Origin: a virus
DNA: 37,960 nucleotides
Strand: one strand, 5' to 3'
Virus record (IMG/VR): IMGVR_UViG_3300046836_000218
Coordinates: 1 to 37,960 of that record
Made by a program: the position numbers and the translations under genes
Shown: one piece after another, positions 1-8,557 of the stretch
Numbering within the stretch: position 1 is the stretch's first letter
Layout: every line of letters begins with the position of its first letter
The notes under the pieces: model-generated
Told to the model about the DNA's origin: nothing
Databases searched by the model: none
Seen by the model: only the letters and a program-made list of their open reading frames with translations

Positions 1-127
1 GTAAGCAGCTGATTATGGATGGCAAGCCGCGGCTGTTCTCGGTGGTCCGTCCGCAGAAGGCAGCGCAGCAACTTATCAATTACTCGAAGTCGCGCATTGC
101 TGAGACGCTTTCGACTGCTCCTATCTC
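1..127. repeat. Terminal direct repeat, identical to 37834..37960 (probable assembly overlap of a circular contig)
   Basis: Read by eye: gtaagcagctgattatggatggcaagccgc...ctcctatctc occurs at both ends. Confidence 0.95.
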
Positions 128-1274
128 GCCGTTTATGGTGGCTGAGGGGCAGACTGAAGGCTATGAGAAGGAATGGTCGACGCTGAACACGTCGATGAAG
201 CCGTATATCACGTACAAGATGGTTGACGTAGCAGGCAGGGCACTCCCGGCACCGCAGCGCCAGGTCTATGAGCCACCAATTCAGGCGCTTTCGTCCTTTG
301 TGATGCAGGAAGTCGAGGACATGAAGGCCACGACGGGGCAATTTGATCCATCGTTGGGCAATCAGAGCAATGCGACGAGTGGCAGGGCGATCCAGAGCCT
401 GCAGGTGCAAGGCAATCTCACGACAATGCACTATGTCGACAACCTGGGGCGATCGTTCAAGGGCGGCGGCGACGTTATCGCTGAAGTCGTGCCGATTATC
501 TACGATACGAAGCGCCAGATTGAGATTTTAGGCGAAGACGAGGCTCGAAAAGTCGTCACCATCAACGCTCCTTACAGGGATGAGAACGGCAAGGAAAAGC
601 ATTACAAGGTCAAAGACGCCAAGATGAGCTATGTCGTGTCGATGGGCACGGCTTATGACTCCAAGCGGCTTGAATCGTTCAGCACGATGCAGCAGCTGAT
701 CCAGTCGGCGCCGACGCTTCTGCCTATGTTTGGCGATGTGATGTTCAAGCAGTCTGACATGGCAGGCGCCGACCTTGTGGCCGAGCGGTTCAAGAAGATG
801 CTACCGCCTAACCTTCAGTCTGATGAGGATGGGGAGCAGCAGGTTCCACCGCAGGCGCAGGCTGTGATGCAGCAACAGCATCAGCAGATGCAGGCGCTGC
901 ATGCGGCGTGCCAGCACTACGAGCAGCAGATCAAACAGCTTGAGTTTGAGAAGGCTGCAAAGGTAGTCGAGCAGCAAGGCAAATTGCAGCAGATTCAGGC
1001 TCAGGCTGAGGCAGATATGGCGCTTGAGGATAAGAAGCTGTTCGCGCAGGTAACAATTGCTGAAATCACTGCCAAGGCGCAGATTGTCAGCGACCGCGAG
1101 GCGGATAGAAGTGAGTTGCTGGCCCAGTTACATGGCCAGGCCCATGAGAGCGCAATGGCCGCACAACAGGCAGCCCACGCGCAGGATGCCCAGCAGCAGC
1201 AGCTTGAGGCACAGAGCCAGCAGGCAGCCCCGGAAGCGCAGGAACAGGCACCAGAGCAGCCGCCTAGCGAATGA
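1..1274 (+). CDS. Portal protein, C-terminal part (continues from 36993..37960 through the repeat)
   Basis: ORF 15..1274 is in frame with the open frame starting at ATG 36993 (pos 15 = 37848; 37848-36993 = 855 nt). The combined protein is 704 aa. The last ~150 aa are Q/A/E-rich and coiled-coil-like, resembling the P22 portal barrel. Confidence 0.85.
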   Translation, partial: KQLIMDGKPRLFSVVRPQKAAQQLINYSKSRIAETLSTAPISPFMVAEGQTEGYEKEWSTLNTSMKPYITYKMVDVAGRALPAPQRQVYEPPIQALSSFVMQEVEDMKATTGQFDPSLGNQSNATSGRAIQSLQVQGNLTTMHYVDNLGRSFKGGGDVIAEVVPIIYDTKRQIEILGEDEARKVVTINAPYRDENGKEKHYKVKDAKMSYVVSMGTAYDSKRLESFSTMQQLIQSAPTLLPMFGDVMFKQSDMAGADLVAERFKKMLPPNLQSDEDGEQQVPPQAQAVMQQQHQQMQALHAACQHYEQQIKQLEFEKAAKVVEQQGKLQQIQAQAEADMALEDKKLFAQVTIAEITAKAQIVSDREADRSELLAQLHGQAHESAMAAQQAAHAQDAQQQQLEAQSQQAAPEAQEQAPEQPPSE

Positions 1275-1440
1275 ATCGGTGGTAAGTAAGCCATTTGTAG
1301 ACAGGATCGGCCACCATAAACGCAAGAGTGGCAAAGAACCACGGCCACAACAACAGCAGTATGTGCTTATCGCTGGGTCCCTCAATGACGAATCGTTGAT
1401 AGCGCGGCCAGGTCATGCCGACAAGTTTAGCAACAAGTTT

Positions 1441-1523
1441 GCAGTAGTAGCTCAGAGGATTAGAGCGTGGGATACGGGGGGGCCCAACTCCCGAGGTCGC
1501 CGGTTCAATTCCGGCCTGCTGCA
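1441..1523 (+). tRNA. tRNA-like gene with a non-canonical, expanded anticodon arm (possible pseudo-tRNA)
   Basis: Acceptor GCAGTAG/CTGCTGC (7 bp, one G-U). D arm GCTC-AGAGGATTA-GAGC. Variable loop AGGTC. T arm GCCGG-TTCAATT-CCGGC. Discriminator A. The anticodon stem TGGGA/TCCCG closes a 16-nt loop, TACGGGGGGGCCCAAC, instead of the usual 7 nt. Confidence 0.5.
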
Positions 1524-1550
1524 ATTCAGGTTTTAGCAACAGGAGACGCG

Positions 1551-1721
1551 ATGAAGACAGTTCACGTACCCATTCAGCAGATCGATCACTATCCGGTGGG
1601 CTTTGTGGTGACGATAAGGAAATCCATCCACTCTGATGAGGTTCTGGAGCGGCGCAGAATACTTGCGGTGGACGCTCCAAAGGGTTGGAAATACGCGAAA
1701 CTCACGTACGAACAAGTTTAG
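1551..1721 (+). CDS. Hypothetical small protein (56 aa)
   Basis: ATG 1551 is preceded by AGGAG (1541..1545, 5-nt spacer). The longer listed form from 1467 would start inside the tRNA-like gene. Confidence 0.5.
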   Translation: MKTVHVPIQQIDHYPVGFVVTIRKSIHSDEVLERRRILAVDAPKGWKYAKLTYEQV

Positions 1722-1766
1722 AAGTAACTCGCCTGCCCGGCGCAAGGGGCAACAAGGAAAATCCAA

Positions 1767-2792
1767 ATGAGTGAAGAGACGGTTGTCGCGGCTTCGTCTG
1801 CGCCGGTAGAAGTGGAAGCGGTTCCAGAGCAGAGAGTTAGTCTTGATGAACTCAATCGTCAGGCACTCGCAAGATTAAATCCAGCCGAGCCATCGGAATC
1901 GGCAACCGATGATCAGTCCGACATTGCGCCCGACACGGATGCGGGCAATGACAACCAGGAGCAGCCGCAAAAGGGCATCATCAAGAAGCAACGCACGGCG
2001 GACGCACGCATAGCAGAACTAACAGCGAGCGTCGAGCGAGAGTGGGAAAAAGAAGAGCCAGATTTCAGACTCATTGCTCAGACTGAATCCACGATCGACA
2101 AGATAAAGGCTGGACAAAAGCGTAAGACGGAGCCCGCACCCGTCATCCAGTCAGAACCGCCGTCGCCACAGCCAACCCAGCAATATGCGTATCCCAAACC
2201 AACCGCTGAAGACGCAAACCCTGATGGAACGCTGAAGTATGGCACCTATGAGGACGTAGTCGAGGCAATAGGTCGATGGGCTGCGAGAGAAGAGCGGGTG
2301 AGTTGGGAGCGTGAGCGTGCTGAACTTGACGCAAGAAAGATACTTCAGTCCAAGCTGGAAGAAGCGCGCACCCGTTATGACGACGTGGATGTGGTCTTCG
2401 AGGTAGAGCAGGAGATTACAAACGCCAGGATTCCCGCCTTAGTCAAGGACATATTCCTGAAGGCGAGTCCCGACGTTTACATCGACCTGTGCTACTTGAT
2501 GAAAAATCCCATCGACAGACAGAAGTTTCTATCTCTCGCGCAAAGTGACCCCAGAGCAGCGATTGGCCAGATTTATGACTTGGAGAAGGAAGCCCGGAAC
2601 AAGCAGGGCGTTCTTCGCAATGACAAAGGCCAGTTCGTACCAAAGGAAGCTCCTGAACCGAAGAAATCCGGTGCTCCTAAGCCTCCCAGCCCAGTGGGTT
2701 CAGGGGGTGGACGTGGCGCCTTTGACGTGAACGACGAGAGCCTTCCTAAGGGCGAATGGCTAGCCAAGCGGCGAGCCCAGACAGCCCAATAA
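1767..2792 (+). CDS. Scaffolding protein (by position and composition)
   Basis: Lies between the portal and major capsid genes. Acidic N-terminus, charged helical middle, Pro/Gly-rich basic tail. AAGGAA lies upstream of the ATG. Confidence 0.6.
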   Translation: MSEETVVAASSAPVEVEAVPEQRVSLDELNRQALARLNPAEPSESATDDQSDIAPDTDAGNDNQEQPQKGIIKKQRTADARIAELTASVEREWEKEEPDFRLIAQTESTIDKIKAGQKRKTEPAPVIQSEPPSPQPTQQYAYPKPTAEDANPDGTLKYGTYEDVVEAIGRWAAREERVSWERERAELDARKILQSKLEEARTRYDDVDVVFEVEQEITNARIPALVKDIFLKASPDVYIDLCYLMKNPIDRQKFLSLAQSDPRAAIGQIYDLEKEARNKQGVLRNDKGQFVPKEAPEPKKSGAPKPPSPVGSGGGRGAFDVNDESLPKGEWLAKRRAQTAQ

Positions 2793-2825
2793 GGAAGCTA
2801 GCGGACGCTCACAGGAGCTTCCCAA

Positions 2826-4028
2826 ATGCCGAACTCTTTTCTGTCTCCTACCATCATTACCCGCGAGGCTTTGCGGATTCTCCACGCGAACCTCAACTTC
2901 ATTGCCAACTGCGATCGGCAGTATGACGACCAGTTTGCCAACTCTGGCGCATCACCTTCGGGCAAGATTGGTCCTTCGCTGACCATTCGGATGCCGAACC
3001 AGTTCACCGTTCGTACTGGTGCTCCACTCACCTTGCAGGATGTGGTGGAAAGCAGCCAGGTTCTGACGGTTTCCACGCAGAAGGGCGTTGACTTCACCTT
3101 CTCGTCTCAGGATCTCTCTTTGACGATTGATGAGTTCAGCAACCGTTACCTGAAGCCTGCAATGTCCGTTCTTGCCACCGCGCTCGAAGCTGATGCCTTG
3201 AGCATGATCAAGGACGTTTACAACGCAGTCGACTCAAACGGCACTCCACTGGCCTATAAGGACATTGCCAACGGTCGCAAGGTGCTCAACCAATACCTGG
3301 CGCCATCCGTTGGTCGTGCAGGCGTCCTGACACCTGGCCACGTTGTCTCGTTCCTTGACGCCATCAAGGGATTCTTCAATCCGCAGGAGAGCGTATCGAA
3401 GCCTTACCTAACCGGGAAGATCGGCATGGTGAACGGCATCTCGACGTATGAGAACACCGTGCTGAACCCGTTCCAGTCCGGCACGGCTGCGGCTGCAACG
3501 GGCTACACAGCAACCCTGACCTCAGGCAGTGCGGTGGCAGTCCTGGCTGCTGGCGCGACTACCTTCGTGAAGGGTGACATCATCACCTTCTCGACGGTGA
3601 ATGCGGTCGATCCGGAGACAAAGGCGAACAGGGGCTTCCTGCAGCAGTTCGTGGTAACCGCGGACTATGCCGGTGGCGCTGGAAACCTTTCGATCTCACC
3701 GACGCCGATCACATCTGCATCCCCAGCTACGCAGAACGTTACCAATGTCGGTGCTGGTTTGACGGTTGCCAAGGTTGGCGGTGGACCTTCGGCGATCTAC
3801 TCGCAGTCGATGTTGTTCCATCCTGAAGCGTTCGCCTTCGTTACTGCCGACCTGGTCGATGTGTCCAAGTTCGGCGCATGGGGCGCTCGTGAGGAACTGG
3901 AGGGCATCTCGATGCGAATTGCTCGCCAGTACAACATCTCCAACGACACCGTGCCATGCCGGATCGATGTGCTATATGGCTTTAAAACCCTCCGCCCGAA
4001 TCTGGCGGTCAGAATTATTGCCCAGTAG
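2826..4028 (+). CDS. Major capsid protein, P22 coat-like (HK97 fold family)
   Basis: 400 aa, immediately after the scaffold gene, with AGGAG RBS. Stretches such as GDIITFSTVNAVDPETK and MLFHPEAFAFVTADL...CRIDVLYGFKTLRP resemble P22 gp5-type coat proteins from memory. Followed by a strong terminator. Confidence 0.8.
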   Translation: MPNSFLSPTIITREALRILHANLNFIANCDRQYDDQFANSGASPSGKIGPSLTIRMPNQFTVRTGAPLTLQDVVESSQVLTVSTQKGVDFTFSSQDLSLTIDEFSNRYLKPAMSVLATALEADALSMIKDVYNAVDSNGTPLAYKDIANGRKVLNQYLAPSVGRAGVLTPGHVVSFLDAIKGFFNPQESVSKPYLTGKIGMVNGISTYENTVLNPFQSGTAAAATGYTATLTSGSAVAVLAAGATTFVKGDIITFSTVNAVDPETKANRGFLQQFVVTADYAGGAGNLSISPTPITSASPATQNVTNVGAGLTVAKVGGGPSAIYSQSMLFHPEAFAFVTADLVDVSKFGAWGAREELEGISMRIARQYNISNDTVPCRIDVLYGFKTLRPNLAVRIIAQ

Positions 4029-4045
4029 TTGTCCTTTGCCAAGGT

Positions 4046-4079
4046 GGGAGTCAGCTAACTGCTGGCTCCCCCTCTTTTG
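4046..4079 (+). terminator. Intrinsic terminator after the capsid gene
   Basis: GGGAGTCAGC-taact-GCTGGCTCCC forms a 10-bp stem with one G-U, followed by CCTCTTTTG. Confidence 0.7.
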
Positions 4080-4320
4080 CATATCGGATATCAATTCTGC
4101 CCACGGTAATTCCAGAGTCGATATCGAACTGCTTGACGTACCTGAATTCCCTTCCTTGTTCGTCGTGAAGCAACTCGCAATGAACGATGTCGACGGGATC
4201 GATGGGGAGAATCTTCACATGTGCTCGTGCTAGATCATCGAGTGCTTCTTTCGCGAGGCGAAGCACCTCTTCCATGTCGTGGTTCGCGTTGATTTGGATA
4301 GTTAGCTGTTCCATATACAA
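4051..4320 (-). CDS. Hypothetical protein, opposite-strand insert (moron) in the head module
   Basis: 89-codon ORF with AAGGAG upstream on the minus strand (TTG or ATG start). AT-richer than the flanking genes (hand count ~43% GC in one 60-nt line). Confidence 0.55.
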   Translation of the reverse strand: MYMEQLTIQINANHDMEEVLRLAKEALDDLARAHVKILPIDPVDIVHCELLHDEQGREFRYVKQFDIDSGITVGRIDIRYAKEGEPAVS

Positions 4321-4457
4321 AATTTACTCCTTATGACAGCCAAAGAAATCGAACAAACCAAGCCTAGCGACCTCAGCACCAATTCATGGCTGCGTGAGGT
4401 CTGCATTCAACTCGCTCTGCTCAACGAGAAGAGAGGTCCTGGGAGGCCACCGACTAA

Positions 4458-5180
4458 ATGACAGCCTATGACCTGATCAACAGTGCGCTGCGACTCGATG
4501 GCGTCCTGGCAGGCGAAGAAGTTGCGTCTGCGAATGACGCCAGCACTGGCCTGATGGTGCTGAATGACATGATCGACGCCTGGAATGCCGAGCGGCTGGC
4601 GATCTACACCACACGGATCGATGATTTCCCGTTTGTGGGTGGGCAGCAGGTCTACACCATAGGAACTGGCGGTGATTTCGATATCCCGCGTCCTGCGCGC
4701 ATCGATTCGATGAGTGCGATCCTGCTGAATACACCGTCGAACCCTGTCGAAGTGCCGATTTCGATGTATTCGATTGACGACTGGCAGACGCAGGTCCCGG
4801 TAAAGGTAGTCAACGGCTCATTCCCCCAGATTTGCTATGACGATGGCGCGTTTCCGCTGCGATCGCTCAATTTCTGGCCTATTCCGCAGGGTCAGCCGTG
4901 CGCCGCGAGGATATATAGCTGGCAGGGGCTGGGCGCTCAGACGCTTACATCGCAGATTGCCTTCCCGCCGGGCTATTCAGAGGCATTGCGCTACAACCTT
5001 GCGGTGCGGCTGGGTGCAGAGTTTGCTGCACCGGCATCTGCAGTCGTTATAGGGCTGGCAATTCAGGGGCTGGCAAGGATCAAGTCGATGAATGCGCCCG
5101 ATCTTGGGCTGCGGTCCGACCTTGTGCCGAATCCGGCTGGTTGGAACTACCGCGCAGACCTATTCGGGATGGGCTTCTAA
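4458..5180 (+). CDS. Head-to-tail adaptor / tail tubular protein A-like (T7 gp11-like)
   Basis: The N-terminus AYDLINSALRLDGVLAGEEVASANDASTGLMVLNDMIDAWNAERL matches the pattern of the T7 gp11 N-terminus (SAVNDILASIGEPPVS...ARRILNKINRQIQSRGW). Sits directly upstream of the gp10-like gene. Confidence 0.5.
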   Translation: MTAYDLINSALRLDGVLAGEEVASANDASTGLMVLNDMIDAWNAERLAIYTTRIDDFPFVGGQQVYTIGTGGDFDIPRPARIDSMSAILLNTPSNPVEVPISMYSIDDWQTQVPVKVVNGSFPQICYDDGAFPLRSLNFWPIPQGQPCAARIYSWQGLGAQTLTSQIAFPPGYSEALRYNLAVRLGAEFAAPASAVVIGLAIQGLARIKSMNAPDLGLRSDLVPNPAGWNYRADLFGMGF

Positions 5181-6617
5181 GTGAAGATACCGGCATTTGT
5201 CGGCGATTCTTACACAGCCAGATCGAATGTCGTCTCTGACTCGGAATGTATAAACTTCTTCGCAGGGACGATTGAGACGGCGGGAGCGCAGGCGCAGCGT
5301 GTTTACTTTGGCACGCCAGGCATTGGCGTCTTCACGAGTCTTCCTGATTCCCCGGTGCGTGGACAGTACTGGACGGGTGACAGGCTGTTCGTCGTGGCAG
5401 GTACTCTGCTGATCGAGGTTTACAGTGACGGCCATCAGGATGTTCGCGGCGATGTTGGGAATGATGGACAGGCAGTCTCTATCGCTGCTACGTCTGTTCA
5501 GTTACTGATTGTCTCAGCGGGGCGGGCATATTGCTACGAGTTGGAAGACAACACGATGGTTGATGTCACCGATCAGCTGGCGGGAACGCCTATGCAATGC
5601 GTCTACTCTGACAGTTACTTCATCGTCTGCTTTGTCGACAGCAACAAGTTCCAGATTTCTGACATCCTCGATGGCTCAACGTGGCCCGGTATCCAGGTTG
5701 ATGAAGTATCCGTCTTCCCTGAGAACATTGTCGGGCTGGTCGTCAGCCATCGTGAACTCTGGGTCTTTGGCTCGCAGCATATTCAGCCCTACCAGAACGC
5801 CGGTACGGATGAAATCTTCGATGTTATCCCCGGCGCATTGATTGACAGCGGGCTGATCGCCACGTTTGGCAGGAACCTTGTAGACAATACGATCTTCTGG
5901 ATCAGCGAGGACCAACGCGGCGCCCGGCAGGCATGGAGGGCGAGCGGGTATACGCCGCAGCGTATCTCAACTCATGCCGTAGAAACATCACTCTCCACTT
6001 ACTCTCCACAGCAAATGGAGAGTGTGGTGAGCTATTCCTACCAGGACGGCGGCCACCTGTTCTGGGTGCTTTATATCCCTGGCGCTGACTGCACCTGGGT
6101 GTATGACGTAGCTGAGAACCTATGGCACAAGCGTGCAGAGTGGCACCAGGACACTGCAACATGGACGCCGCACCGCAGCTGGAACCATACCTATGCGTTC
6201 GGGCTGCATCTTGTAGGCGATTGGGAGACGGGCAACCTGTACCAGATGAGCCTTGATTTCCTGGATGATAGCGGGCTGGCAATTCGCAGGCTGCGCAGGG
6301 CTCCATTGCTGGTTGATGAGATGCGATGGATTTACCATTCGGCGCTGACGATGGACTTTGCCACTGGGCTAGGGCCGCAGCCACCGCTTGAAGATGGAAG
6401 CGGCAACCCACGGCCGCCGCAGGCAATGCTGCGCTGGAGCAATGATCGTGGCTTTACCTGGTCGGCTGAGTATCTGGTGGGCTGTGGGTTCACGGGACAG
6501 TACAACACTCGGGCGATATGGCATCGGTTGGGGAGATCGCGGTATCGCGTGTATGAGATCAGCGTAACCGATCCCATTCCGTGGGTGCTTGTGAATGCTT
6601 ACCTTGAGGCGGCATAA
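5181..6617 (+). CDS. Tail hub / packaged-DNA stabilization protein (P22 gp10-like)
   Basis: 478 aa (P22 gp10 is about 472 aa). The C-terminus YNTRAIWHRLGRSRYRVYEISVTDPIPWVLVNAYLEA parallels P22 gp10 YDKRVLWKRVGRIRRLIGFKLRVITKSPVTLSGCQIRLE. GTG start abuts the previous stop. Confidence 0.6.
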   Translation: MKIPAFVGDSYTARSNVVSDSECINFFAGTIETAGAQAQRVYFGTPGIGVFTSLPDSPVRGQYWTGDRLFVVAGTLLIEVYSDGHQDVRGDVGNDGQAVSIAATSVQLLIVSAGRAYCYELEDNTMVDVTDQLAGTPMQCVYSDSYFIVCFVDSNKFQISDILDGSTWPGIQVDEVSVFPENIVGLVVSHRELWVFGSQHIQPYQNAGTDEIFDVIPGALIDSGLIATFGRNLVDNTIFWISEDQRGARQAWRASGYTPQRISTHAVETSLSTYSPQQMESVVSYSYQDGGHLFWVLYIPGADCTWVYDVAENLWHKRAEWHQDTATWTPHRSWNHTYAFGLHLVGDWETGNLYQMSLDFLDDSGLAIRRLRRAPLLVDEMRWIYHSALTMDFATGLGPQPPLEDGSGNPRPPQAMLRWSNDRGFTWSAEYLVGCGFTGQYNTRAIWHRLGRSRYRVYEISVTDPIPWVLVNAYLEAA

Positions 6618-8117
6618 GTGAGCAGCCCTGTCGTATCGAGCCGCACACCTGTTGGGCAGATCATCAACCGCGACGGAACTGCTACGTTCGCATTCCTGAA
6701 GTGGATGCAGAATATAGGCACGACCATCAATGTGACCTTTGACTCAGACGGGAACTTTCAGGGGGCGATTGGCGATCAGGCGACGATTGATGGGCGGGAG
6801 TTCCTGGCAACAATCGTTCAGCATCTCGACAATGATGGCGTCATGGAGTCTGACGGCATCGACTTTGCCAGAATCTACATCAACCAGAACACAGACTATA
6901 TTGCAGACGGGGCAGGAAGCCCACTGGCAGGCGGCAAGGCGGCTTATATCGCGCTGGTGGCATCGTCACCGGTAGCAGGGCAGACGATTCGCTTCAATGG
7001 CACGGACTGGCTGCCGGTTGCGATTGCAATCACCAAGGGAGCAGTAACAAAGCAATGGATCAGGAGTTACGACGCGGCAACTGGAACGTTCACGGCATCG
7101 CAGCCGGATTTCTCTGATCTCTCAGGGACACTGAACCCTGCGCAGCTTCCGGCAACCATTGCATATATCAACGCTGCCAATATTTTCACGGCGAACCAGA
7201 CAATCAATGCAAACCTGACAGTAACCGGAACGATCAATGGTGTTACGCAGGCGACTTTTGCCTTCCTTGACCCAACGTCTTCAGTGCAGACGCAACTCAA
7301 CAGCAAGCAAGCCACAATAACGCTGACGACGACGGGAACGTCCGGCGCTGCCACGCTTACAGGGGCGACGCTGAATATCCCCGTTTACGCCCCGCCGGTG
7401 GCGCAGGTGTATCCGGCTGTTGGAATCGGCGTATCCACCGGCAGCGCTTGGGGAACGTCGATTGATCCTAACGACGTTCCGCGTAAGAGTACGGCTAACA
7501 CCTTTGCATCGAACCAGACCATCAATGGCAATCTAAAAGTTTTTACCGGAATAACCGTAAATGGACTCGCCTCCGCAGCGGCTAACACTCTCAATATCCA
7601 GCAGACAAGCTCACTGGCGATTTTTGATATGTGTGGCCCCTCGGTAGGAACGGCAGGAGAGTTTTATTTCCGTACCCAGGATAGTGCTGGAGGCACACAA
7701 TCGAACGCGCTACATCTAAGCGCGACGGTTGCAGTATTCACCGGAACAATTACCGCAGCCGGTAAGAGCTTCCGGATTCCGCACCCACTCGATGACTCCA
7801 AAGACCTGGTTCATTCCTGCTTAGAGGGTCCGGAGTGGGGAGTCTACTATCGCGGTGAGATCGTGACCGCAAACGGCACCGCAGAAGTGACGCTGCCTGA
7901 TTACTTCGAAGCGTTGACGTATGCCGAAGATCGTACCGTTCAGCTAACGCAGGTATTCGAGGATGGCGCGGTACTGACCATGCTGGCGGCTTCGCGCATA
8001 GTCGATGGCAAGTTTACCGTTCACTCATCCGCGCCGATTGCGACTGTGGCATGGCAGGTTCAAGCGGTACGACGATTCGGAGACAGCAAGCTCAAGGTGG
8101 TAACGGATAAAGCATGA
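6618..8117 (+). CDS. Tail fibre protein
   Basis: Repeated fibre-type segments ANIFTANQTINANLTVTGTINGV and ANTFASNQTINGNLKVFTGITVNG. C-terminal FRIPHPLDDSKDLVHSCLEGPEWGVYYRG-type domain. Sits next to the tail hub gene. Confidence 0.7.
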   Translation: MSSPVVSSRTPVGQIINRDGTATFAFLKWMQNIGTTINVTFDSDGNFQGAIGDQATIDGREFLATIVQHLDNDGVMESDGIDFARIYINQNTDYIADGAGSPLAGGKAAYIALVASSPVAGQTIRFNGTDWLPVAIAITKGAVTKQWIRSYDAATGTFTASQPDFSDLSGTLNPAQLPATIAYINAANIFTANQTINANLTVTGTINGVTQATFAFLDPTSSVQTQLNSKQATITLTTTGTSGAATLTGATLNIPVYAPPVAQVYPAVGIGVSTGSAWGTSIDPNDVPRKSTANTFASNQTINGNLKVFTGITVNGLASAAANTLNIQQTSSLAIFDMCGPSVGTAGEFYFRTQDSAGGTQSNALHLSATVAVFTGTITAAGKSFRIPHPLDDSKDLVHSCLEGPEWGVYYRGEIVTANGTAEVTLPDYFEALTYAEDRTVQLTQVFEDGAVLTMLAASRIVDGKFTVHSSAPIATVAWQVQAVRRFGDSKLKVVTDKA

Positions 8118-8557
8118 CGATTGAGCAGTGCAGTGTTCGCGATATTCTTGATTCCAAAGAGCTTATATCAGAGTATGCATCAGAATGCTCGATTCCTGCC
8201 ATTGGGCCGATTGAACCGCAGCCTTATATCTATGAAGCTATCGAAGCGTCAGGCATCATGGCGGCTTTCATGGTTAGGGATGAAGGTAGAGACGTGGGCT
8301 TCGCGGTCATGCTGATGCCGGTACTGCCGCACTACGGCAAGAAAGTGGCAACGATTGAGAGCCTGTTTATCGCTAAGGACAGCAGACGCAGCGGTGCCGG
8401 ACGGGAACTGATGCGTGCAGTTGAAGATCATGCGAAGGCAGCAGGTTGTGCCGGCATCTTGTACAGCGCGCCGGTGGGTGGACAGTTGGAAAGGCTTCTG
8501 GAAGCCAGTAAGCCATATCAGCGAACTAATTCTGTCTTCTTCAGGAAGTTCGATTGA
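8114..8557 (+). CDS. GNAT-family N-acetyltransferase
   Basis: Acetyl-CoA motif A-like IAKDSRRSGAGRELMRAVEDHAKAAG. ATGA overlap with the fibre gene stop. Confidence 0.7.
   Translation: MTIEQCSVRDILDSKELISEYASECSIPAIGPIEPQPYIYEAIEASGIMAAFMVRDEGRDVGFAVMLMPVLPHYGKKVATIESLFIAKDSRRSGAGRELMRAVEDHAKAAGCAGILYSAPVGGQLERLLEASKPYQRTNSVFFRKFD

Noticed and set aside
1-127. Terminal repeat as an IS/transposon end or a biological LTR
   Set aside because: The repeat is direct, lies inside the portal coding sequence and joins the reading frame seamlessly. It therefore reflects circular closure or permutation of the contig rather than a mobile-element boundary.
840-1270. CAG/CAA-rich microsatellite-like DNA in the portal 3' end, also seen at 10030..10200
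   Set aside because: It is in frame and encodes Q/A/E-rich coiled-coil segments (portal barrel, ejection protein N-terminus). It is not an independent DNA repeat element.
1264-1680. 138-codon minus-strand ORF spanning the portal stop, the tRNA-like gene and the small + ORF
   Set aside because: It runs antisense through the tRNA-like structure and has no RBS. Its only plausible sub-ORF (about 50 codons from ATG 1416, with one hydrophobic stretch) also lacks an SD. Treated as a shadow ORF.
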